32,952 bases of DNA from Eubacteriales bacterium (GTDB lineage Bacteria; Bacillota; Clostridia; Oscillospirales; CAG-272): the NCBI GenBank assembly GCA_045593345.1, contig JAZNWM010000089.1, positions 1 through 32,952 of the forward strand, read 5' to 3'. Positions 7,941 to 14,612 of the stretch are shown here, in pieces. Every line of letters starts with the position of its first letter. Position 1 is the stretch's first letter. The translations under genes were made by a program, and so were the position numbers. The notes under the pieces were generated by a model. The model had not been told where the DNA came from. It did no database searches and saw only the letters and a list, made by a program, of their open reading frames with translations.

Positions 7941-8047
7941 GCCGTTTCGTGATACTTTCTGTCATTGGTGACCCGGAGTATTACAAGGTCGAATACGGGA
8001 TCTTGCTGTGTGAAAATGCTACGTCCAATTACAGCCTTTGTCCATAA

Positions 8048-10312
8048 TTATGTTTCATTTAAAAGAGATTTAACGTAATTAAGTTTTTCTAAAATTACAT
8101 TTAAACAGATCAACGTTAATTTAAATCCGTTCAACAATTCACCTCCGAAAATAAAAGCATTTCCGTGAGCGCACTCGTTCCTGATATTAAGGAAATTATC
8201 ATTATACATACACTGGTATACAAAGAACAAGTCGGGAACATTTTCTAAAGAAGAGGTTTCTTTATAAATTTCGAGAATGATATCTTGCAAAACGCTACTT
8301 GGATCTTTTTGGTGTATATACTCGTCCGTTTTTTCCTTAAACGGCACAATTGATAAATAAGAACCGTATTCTCTTATTTTGTTCTCTAATATAGGGAACA
8401 ATTGAGTAACATGTGCAAGATATATCTCGTCATTTAAATCAATCAATTTGTATTCAGATAATTCTGCTTTTATTTTTTCGTACAAAGTTTTTTCATCGGA
8501 AAATAGTGATATGCTCAAAAGAACGCCCTGAATCATGTCATCATAGATTGCGTTTAGCATATTCATAGGTTTCATTTGATTCAAGAACTTGTATGATTTA
8601 GTTTCAAGAATATTTTCTATGATGCTTAAAAACGCTTGATCCGTATCGTGTCTTTCAACATTTCGTATTCTCTCATATGGAAAAGATTTGCTGATTATTA
8701 GACTTGTAAACAACGAAGAGAATACCAATTCCGAGTGGAGAGATATTTTGTCTACCAAACGATCTTCTGTTAAGGAGATAATGCTACGTACATATGTGCT
8801 TGGTTTGTTAACTGCAAGCGCATTAGCAATATCAACAGATTCTTTTTTGATTTCAAGCGGTGTTTTGATAGAATGCATTTTTCCAAGGCACTTTTCATAG
8901 TAAATGCTTTGCCATGCCCTTTGCAATCCGATAAGCAACTGTTTTACTACTCTTTTTTCAACATTTGGATTTTGCAATTGTTTGAGCAAGAAAATTAAAA
9001 ACTCGTGGAATAAAGATGCCAAGGCAACGGATTGTTCTTCGTCAATCAGTTTTTGAAATACGTCAACTACATTTTCTAAAACTTCTGTTGTTTGTCCTTG
9101 AATTACAAATTCATTTCTGCAGTATTCAAAAAAATCTGTTGATTTCTTTATTTTAGTCCAACCGCTAGCCAAACTATCATTGTAGTCTTTAAGTAATTGT
9201 GTTTGCTCTTTGGTTGTAGTGCAACCTATTCTTTTTAAATGGCTTATGATTGTAGGAGAGGATAATTTCCCAATCTCAGCAACAAAATCGCGCATATACA
9301 GCTTTTTTATTGAATCTGATACGATCTTATCTTTGAGTAAAGCGGTTATAGTTAAAAGCGATGAGCATTCTATTTTATACCATGGTGTATCATCGTTAAC
9401 TGTTTTAAGATATTCTATTATCAACTCAAAATGCTTTGATATCGTTTGCTCGGATGGAATGCGGTTATACAAATAGTATCTAACCGTTTCAATAACGAAC
9501 GAGGATATATCGCAATTAAAATAATCAATTAACGAATCCAAAACATCTTCAGTCCACAAAGATATGTCGGGAATTGTTCTATCACTAAAAATGATAGCGG
9601 GTCTTAGTTTTCCGTCATCAATTTTGGTGTTGAGCATATCAAATATATACTGTTCTTCCCATGAAACGTTATTAGGATGATTTATTCTTCGATAATTAAA
9701 CGCATCCGCGGCAACTATTTCATTCCTATGTATTTCCAATAAACTCAAATTAGCGGGAATTACAACTTCATTAAGATTGTTTTCAAAGCAACTGATCCAA
9801 GTGCATTTATCCGAGTAATTTAGTGAGTTGAGTCGTGCAATTAAATTATCTTTCTCCTCTTTAACGTCATGTAAGTTGCTTAATTGAAAATAATTGTTAA
9901 ACTGGAATATACCCACTGAAAAAATATAGTTTCTGGGATTCTTATAGTTTAGTATTTTGGTTACATGTATTACAATTAGCAACAATTTGGAAAATTCGTC
10001 TGTAAAAGAATCCCACAATTCTTCGAAAGAGACTTTTTCACAGAAAAACAGGGCTAACGAGTTAACATTTTTTAACCATGGTTTATTTATCGTAATATTT
10101 ATATCCCCTAAATTATGGATGCTGACGAGGTGAGAATAAACATCGGAAATATCGTGGTAAGAATTTAAAAACTCTCCCCAGGTTGTAGTGTTCGCAGTGA
10201 ATCCTTTGAAATCAGCTTCAGTTTGATCTATAAACCACTGCCAATCTTTACTTAAATTTAATAATCCATCGGAAAATTTAACTTTTGTTTCGTGTTCATA
10301 GTAATTTTTCAT
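8048..10312 (-). CDS. Orphan 754-aa AT-rich protein with a C-terminal HEPN-like (DUF4209/Abi_C-like) motif and a second internal IRNxxxH motif
   Basis: Long uninterrupted ORF in AT-rich DNA, with a GAGGGA RBS. LNIRNECAHG (aa 708-717, nt 8165-8185) fits the Rx4-6H HEPN signature and the 'NLRNxxAHG' pattern I recall for DUF4209. ERIRNVERHD (aa 547-556, nt 8648-8668) repeats IRNxxxH. No P-loop or other recognisable motif. Confidence 0.6.
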   Translation of the reverse strand: MKNYYEHETKVKFSDGLLNLSKDWQWFIDQTEADFKGFTANTTTWGEFLNSYHDISDVYSHLVSIHNLGDINITINKPWLKNVNSLALFFCEKVSFEELWDSFTDEFSKLLLIVIHVTKILNYKNPRNYIFSVGIFQFNNYFQLSNLHDVKEEKDNLIARLNSLNYSDKCTWISCFENNLNEVVIPANLSLLEIHRNEIVAADAFNYRRINHPNNVSWEEQYIFDMLNTKIDDGKLRPAIIFSDRTIPDISLWTEDVLDSLIDYFNCDISSFVIETVRYYLYNRIPSEQTISKHFELIIEYLKTVNDDTPWYKIECSSLLTITALLKDKIVSDSIKKLYMRDFVAEIGKLSSPTIISHLKRIGCTTTKEQTQLLKDYNDSLASGWTKIKKSTDFFEYCRNEFVIQGQTTEVLENVVDVFQKLIDEEQSVALASLFHEFLIFLLKQLQNPNVEKRVVKQLLIGLQRAWQSIYYEKCLGKMHSIKTPLEIKKESVDIANALAVNKPSTYVRSIISLTEDRLVDKISLHSELVFSSLFTSLIISKSFPYERIRNVERHDTDQAFLSIIENILETKSYKFLNQMKPMNMLNAIYDDMIQGVLLSISLFSDEKTLYEKIKAELSEYKLIDLNDEIYLAHVTQLFPILENKIREYGSYLSIVPFKEKTDEYIHQKDPSSVLQDIILEIYKETSSLENVPDLFFVYQCMYNDNFLNIRNECAHGNAFIFGGELLNGFKLTLICLNVILEKLNYVKSLLNET

Positions 10313-10704
10313 AATTCCCTCGCTAAAATAATAAGTTGTTTTTCAACATTTTTTGAAATATGGAGCTTAGTTTTAAAAACCTATAATTTTATTTGAAATA
10401 CAGCACTTTCACCGCCCTTAAGTATTATTATATCACAAAGTTTTACAATTCAAAACATATAATACCAATGCTTTGGCAAGTTGCTTCGAAAACTCAGTTC
10501 TATTCAATTGATCATAACTTTTAAGGGGTTTGTTCGATGAAAACATATTTGCCTCATTAAATTGTGATAATACAATGAATTAATTACACCTTATATAACA
10601 TTATACCGCTAAAATCGACAAAATTCTTCAAAAAAACAAAAAAATTATAAAAACTTATTTTTTATATATTTTCCCTCCCGAGGTGCTAATTGTCGCATAC
10701 TTTT

Positions 10705-10858
10705 CGTATAAGTCAATGTCGGGTCGGAAATTAGCACTGAAAAATTGAATAGCCAAGTTCCAAATTTATGGATAGAGCCAAGTAGCTGTAAAAGGTTACT
10801 TGGCTTTTTTCTTTTTACTAAAACGCACTAATTTCTGTCCCTCGTTGACTTATACATA
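10705..10858. repeat. Imperfect ~33-bp inverted repeat (10705-10737 / 10826-10858) bracketing an 88-bp segment
   Basis: Both arms share the blocks CTAATTTC and TTGACTTATAC. An extra copy of GTGCTAATT lies at 10683-10691. Confidence 0.7.
10776..10811 (+). terminator. Rho-independent terminator inside the inverted-repeat-bracketed segment
   Basis: AGCCAAGTA-N12-TACTTGGCT followed by TTTTTT. A second AGCCAAGT word lies at 10751-10758. Confidence 0.65.
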
Positions 10859-10947
10859 CCGAGTTGGATATGGCTTTCTTTATACCAAAGTATGCACAAT
10901 GCACCTTGCCGGAAGGCAAAAATAAAAATATACGGAGGTATAGAAAA

Positions 10948-11247
10948 ATGAAAAAAGTGTATTACTCGGTTAAGAGGTACAAAAGAAACGAAATGATCGA
11001 ACAGAAAGGAGTCGGTTTTATCACCGATACGGATTTAGTTATCGCTTGTATAAGTCAGAATAACAAACCGTATATCAAAGTCTTTGAAGACTGTGTCAAA
11101 GACTGTCACGCTATCCCCTACAGACCTAATGAATATCAAGGTGGATACTATGAAATCCGTGAGATTGAAGTTGATACAGGTAAGGATAATTACGATACCC
11201 GTGAAATTCAACTTGACTATAAAATCTGGTACAAGCTTGTGGATTAA
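10948..11247 (+). CDS. Hypothetical protein (99 aa)
   Basis: Start moved to MKKVYYS (ATG 10948), 8 nt after GGAGG. No recognisable motif. Confidence 0.6.
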   Translation: MKKVYYSVKRYKRNEMIEQKGVGFITDTDLVIACISQNNKPYIKVFEDCVKDCHAIPYRPNEYQGGYYEIREIEVDTGKDNYDTREIQLDYKIWYKLVD

Positions 11248-11275
11248 GAAATAAAAGTATAGGGAGATACAGAAA

Positions 11276-11761
11276 ATGAAAGAAACAATTAAAATAGATA
11301 TATCAAAAACATGCACAACAGATTTAGACACCGTGATCACACGGGAAAATGTGCTTTATTTATGCGAAAATATGGCCTTATGTGCCCTGAAACGTATGAT
11401 TGGATACAGAGGTGATTACGAGCTTCGTATGTACTACAATCTTGTTGGTGACATAAAAGGCAAAAACAATATAAATCATATATTTTCAGACAGCTATGAT
11501 TTAGTACAAACAGCCTGTCTGTTTTTACTTAACTATGTAGGTATGAAATTAGGAGATACTGTAATTGACAGGTACAATAAACAAGTTACAATAAGGCACG
11601 CTTGTTATAGTGAAATCGGTGCGGCTTTTTACAAAAGGTGGAATTATCACCAAAGAACCTATCCCATCAGTTATAAGGATGCCGAGGAAGATATAGAATT
11701 TATAGAAGAAATACAATTAACGAAAGCCAAGAAAGAGCCGATACAATCGTGGCACGAATGA
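11276..11761 (+). CDS. Hypothetical protein, weakly sigma-70 region-2-like (mobile-element regulatory module)
   Basis: RBS GGGAGA. SDSYDLVQTACLFLLNYVG resembles sigma region 2.1/2.2 (DLVQE..fl). The context (followed by a region-4-like HTH and a recombinase remnant) matches the ends of clostridial integrative elements as I recall them. Confidence 0.45.
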   Translation: MKETIKIDISKTCTTDLDTVITRENVLYLCENMALCALKRMIGYRGDYELRMYYNLVGDIKGKNNINHIFSDSYDLVQTACLFLLNYVGMKLGDTVIDRYNKQVTIRHACYSEIGAAFYKRWNYHQRTYPISYKDAEEDIEFIEEIQLTKAKKEPIQSWHE

Positions 11762-11922
11762 ACCTTAAAGAAAAGCACAAGAAAGTGTTAGATTGCTATC
11801 TTAAGGGGATGGGCGTTGTGGAAATATCTAAATCGTTAGGAATTGCCTACGCTACGGTTTGGCGACACAGAATGCTCTTGCAGAAACGGTATATCGAAGT
11901 TACGGGATACCAGGTCCAATGA
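11758..11922 (+). CDS. Small HTH protein (54 aa), sigma-70 region-4/LuxR-like; not in the supplied ORF track
   Basis: Hand translation: MNLKEKHKKVLDCYLKGMGVVEISKSLGIAYATVWRHRMLLQKRYIEVTGYQVQ*. ATGA start/stop overlap with the upstream CDS. Confidence 0.6.
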   Translation: MNLKEKHKKVLDCYLKGMGVVEISKSLGIAYATVWRHRMLLQKRYIEVTGYQVQ

Positions 11923-11972
11923 AAATAATACTTCCATACTCAATATGGCATATTTACAGATTAATACATAAT

Positions 11973-12006
11973 GGGAGAGCCCTAAAAAGCTCTCCCTGCT
12001 TTTTTG
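11973..12006 (+). terminator. Rho-independent terminator
   Basis: GGGAGAGC-N8-GCTCTCCC followed by tgcTTTTTT. Confidence 0.8.
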
Positions 12007-12077
12007 AAAAAATTCATATTTACATTGAAAAAACATCGCAAAAGTGAATAAAAAGTGAAAATTTACTGAAAATTCAC

Positions 12078-12107
12078 TTGACAATCGAACAATCGTGCGT
12101 ATATAAT
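12078..12107 (+). promoter_or_regulatory. Sigma-A promoter of the AlbA_2-type gene
   Basis: TTGACA-18 nt-TATAAT, about 30 nt upstream of the ATG. Confidence 0.65.
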
Positions 12108-12138
12108 ATATTTAGATTATTATGTGGAGGTATCAACA

Positions 12139-13440
12139 ATGAGCTTCGAAACTGAAAATATTGAATTTAAATTGCAATTCACCGAGGATTTGTACAAGGA
12201 GGTAATTGCGTTTGCCAATACCGACGGTGGTGTAATCTACATTGGAATTAACAACAATGGCGAGGCTGTCGGAATAGATAACGTTGACGAGAATTACACA
12301 CGTATCACCAACGGAATTCGTGATGCGATAATGCCCGACGTTACTATGTTTGTTAGATACACTATCCAGGAAAACAAGGTTGTTAAAATTTCTGTAGGTG
12401 AAGGATCATACAAGCCTTACTATCTGAAATCCAAAGGCCTAAAGCCCAGTGGTGTGTTTGTAAGACAGGGTACGTCTACCGCACCTGCATCGCCCGAACA
12501 AATACGCGCGATGATTAAAGAGTCGGACGGTGACAACTTTGAAGCTATGCGTTCTATGGATCAAGACTTAACCTTCGAGAATGCAAAAACTGCATTCAAA
12601 AAATACGGTATTGAATTTGCACAAAACAAGTACAGAGCACTTGGTATCACGCACCCCACCGAAGAACTGTACACCAATCTCGCCCTTATCATCTCGGACC
12701 AATGCACACACACAACAAAGGTTGCAGTATTCGGTGATGACGCAAATACCGAGTTTAGAGATAGCAAGGAGTTCGGCGGATCAATATTCAAGCAGCTTGA
12801 CGATACCTATTCGTATTTAACGTTGTGCAACAAAAAGGTTGCAACCTTCCAGGGACTTGAAAGAATAGAAAAGGCAGATTATCCGGACGCAGCTCTTCGA
12901 GAGGCATTACTTAATGCACTCGTTCACAGAGATTATAGCTTCAGTGGCAGTGTAATCATCAATGTGAATGATAATGAAATGGAATTCATCTCCATAGGCG
13001 GACTTCTTCCTGGGCTTTCTCCCGATGATATAAGAAGCGGAATTTCGCAGCCGAGAAACAAAAATCTTGCGGACATATTCCATCGTTTGCATCTTATTGA
13101 ATCCTATGGTACGGGTATAAGAAAGATATACAATCTGTATTCTAAATGCTCGGTTCAGCCTCGAATTGAAGTGACTTCAAACACATTTAAGATCATTCTT
13201 CCAAACATGAATAGTGTGGAAGTATCAAGCGTCGAATCTCCCAAAATCCTAGCAATATCGCCACAAAAGCAAACTATACTTGACTTTATTGACCAAAATG
13301 GCTATATTACTGAACCACAGATTATGGAGTTGGTAAAGGTAAAAAAGACAAGAGCGTATAACATAGCAAAAGAAATGCACGCCGATGGACTGATAAAACC
13401 AATCGGCCGAGGCAGTGCTAAAAAATATGTGAGAATGTAA
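12139..13440 (+). CDS. AlbA_2 (Schlafen-like) / HATPase_c_4 / winged-HTH protein (COG2865-type 'RecG-like' putative regulator)
   Basis: Start moved to MSFETENIEFK (GGAGG 8 nt upstream). Family-typical motifs: E..EFK......L.KEVIAFANTDGGVIYIGI..NGEAVG, then ALREALLNALVHRDY and YGTGIRKI. Confidence 0.8.
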   Translation: MSFETENIEFKLQFTEDLYKEVIAFANTDGGVIYIGINNNGEAVGIDNVDENYTRITNGIRDAIMPDVTMFVRYTIQENKVVKISVGEGSYKPYYLKSKGLKPSGVFVRQGTSTAPASPEQIRAMIKESDGDNFEAMRSMDQDLTFENAKTAFKKYGIEFAQNKYRALGITHPTEELYTNLALIISDQCTHTTKVAVFGDDANTEFRDSKEFGGSIFKQLDDTYSYLTLCNKKVATFQGLERIEKADYPDAALREALLNALVHRDYSFSGSVIINVNDNEMEFISIGGLLPGLSPDDIRSGISQPRNKNLADIFHRLHLIESYGTGIRKIYNLYSKCSVQPRIEVTSNTFKIILPNMNSVEVSSVESPKILAISPQKQTILDFIDQNGYITEPQIMELVKVKKTRAYNIAKEMHADGLIKPIGRGSAKKYVRM

Positions 13441-13450
13441 AAAAAGATAG

Positions 13451-13759
13451 TTGACAGACAAGGAAAACAATTATGGCAATCAAAAAAATGAATTATATAT
13501 GATGCTTGAAAAAGAAGAGATAGAAGCTTTTTACGTTAAGGCACTAAAATGCGAATCCAGACTGATAATTGAGCTCCTGATCAAAGAAATAGTGCTTTAT
13601 AATGACAAGATGGAAATTTATTTGAATACCCCGGTCAAGAACGGTCCCGATGAAAATCGGGGCTTTTCTTTTTATAACAAGACTATTAATTTAAGATATT
13701 ATTCCAAATATTCAAGATTGTTCGCTGGGAAAAGTGCAATTATAGATATTCGTGTGTAA
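13451..13759 (+). pseudogene. C-terminal remnant of a large serine recombinase (DUF4368-like tail)
   Basis: LIIELLIKEIVLYNDKMEIYLNTP resembles the conserved C-terminal 'l..lIdkI.Vy.d.kIeI.f' tail of large serine recombinases. No catalytic N-terminus is present, and the frame opens with TTG directly after the preceding gene. Confidence 0.4.
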
Positions 13760-13824
13760 TCAAGGATTTTGCTCCTTTGGAGCAATATACCTGCACTCGC
13801 TGCTGGAAAGCGAGCTTTCCGACA

Positions 13825-13939
13825 GCTTCGTTTGGTATTCGCATACCGCAACAGCGGTATCTTGCCTGGCGAGGAGATGGTGTATGCAGGTATTGCAACA
13901 AGTGTAATCAGCACAAATATCCCCCCGAGCGGCAATACC
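13825..13939. repeat. Direct repeat copy 2 (see 1-115)
   Basis: 113/115 identity to window positions 1-115. Confidence 0.9.
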
Positions 13940-13978
13940 TTATCTTTGGCACAGCCAAAGAGCAAGGGCGAGTCAATC

Positions 13979-14029
13979 TTGATGCTCCATCACAGAAACA
14001 AAAAAGGCACCCCCAACGGGTGCCGTTTC
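13979..14029. repeat. Duplicate of the tRNA(CAT) trailer/terminator module (copy of 14186-14235)
   Basis: ttgatgctccatcacagaaacaaaaaaggcaccc is identical in both copies. The hairpin loop differs (ccaac vs gatt). Both copies end gggtgccgtttc. Confidence 0.85.
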
Positions 14030-14204
14030 AAGGATTTTGACGCTTTGCGTCAATATTTCCACGACCTTCGCCTTGAAAGCTAGCTTTCAGATCTTCGGTC
14101 GGGAAATGCGAACCTTTTCGTGCACAAAAACAAGTGCTAAAATTTGCAAAACAAAGCAAGGTGCACGAACAAGGTTTGAGTCTGATTGATGCTCCATCAC
14201 AGAA

Positions 14205-14231
14205 ACAAAAAAGGCACCCGATTGGGTGCCG
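14205..14231 (-). terminator. Terminator of tRNA(CAT)
   Basis: Minus strand GGCACCC-AATC-GGGTGCC followed by TTTTTT, directly 3' of the tRNA. Confidence 0.8.
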
Positions 14232-14237
14232 TTTCTG

Positions 14238-14314
14238 TGGTGGAGCATCAAGGACTCGAACCTTGGACCGACCGGTTATGAGCCGGTAGCTCTAACCAAC
14301 TGAGCTAATGCTCC
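14238..14314 (-). tRNA. tRNA with anticodon CAT (elongator Met or lysidine-type Ile2), encoded CCA
   Basis: Reverse complement: GGAGCATTAGCTCAGTTGGTTAGAGCTACCGGCTCATAACCGGTCGGTCCAAGGTTCGAGTCCTTGATGCTCCACCA. It folds as a cloverleaf with anticodon loop CTCATAA. The body resembles Bacillus tRNA-Ile(CAU) as I recall it, but identity cannot be decided by eye. Confidence 0.9.
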
Positions 14315-14330
14315 AAATATTAGCCTGTAT

Positions 14331-14359
14331 ATTTTATCAAATTAAAAAAGGTTTGTCAA
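14331..14359 (-). promoter_or_regulatory. Promoter of tRNA(CAT)
   Basis: Minus strand TTGACA-17 nt-TAAAAT, about 16 nt upstream of the tRNA 5' end. Confidence 0.65.
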
Positions 14360-14469
14360 TAGGTTTTAGGAAAAAAGAAATTAATTGATTGCCTATATTC
14401 GACATTTGCCCTCTTTTATGAAAAAAAGCGTGGAAAAATAAAAAATATTCTTATTTTTCAAAAAATGTA

Positions 14470-14498
14470 TTGACAAACGCAAAATTATTTGCTATAAT
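14470..14498 (+). promoter_or_regulatory. Promoter of tRNA-Thr
   Basis: TTGACA-17 nt-TATAAT, about 33 nt upstream of the tRNA. Confidence 0.7.
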
Positions 14499-14531
14499 TA
14501 TCAAGCGTCACGAGGAAATATCCTTGTGTTT

Positions 14532-14607
14532 GCTGCTATGGCTCAGTTGGTAGAGCACATCCTTGGTAAGGATGAGGTCCCCAGTTCGAATCTGGGTAGC
14601 AGCTCCA
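14532..14607 (+). tRNA. tRNA-Thr (anticodon GGT), encoded CCA
   Basis: GCTGCTATGGCTCAGTTGGTAGAGCACATCCTTGGTAAGGATGAGGTCCCCAGTTCGAATCTGGGTAGCAGCTCCA. Acceptor stem GCTGCTA/TAGCAGC; anticodon loop TTGGTAA. Confidence 0.92.
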
Positions 14608-14612
14608 GACAA

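Larger units (their letters stand above)
364..14237. mobile_element. Putative mosaic, degenerate genomic island integrated at the 3' end of tRNA(CAT)
   Basis: Bounded by the tRNA 3'-end copy (353-363) and the tRNA itself (14238). Contains a serine-recombinase remnant, mobile-element-type sigma/HTH genes and a sharp shift to AT-rich sequence from ~7480 to ~13760. No intact integrase is visible. Confidence 0.45.

Noticed and set aside
7539-8047. ORFs 7539-7829 (-) and 7817-8047 (+)
   Set aside because: They run through the perfect terminator palindrome and the hairpin/ACATCATT repeat array. They have no RBS, and one would need a non-ATG start. I treat the region as non-coding. The last ~30 codons of the plus ORF (GDPEYYKVEYGILLCE...) might be a gene relic, but I cannot support it.
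11836-12084. Minus-strand 82-aa ORF and plus-strand 62-aa ORF (11859-12047)
   Set aside because: They overlap the 54-aa HTH ORF, the terminator and the promoter of the next gene. They are AT-rich frames with no RBS.
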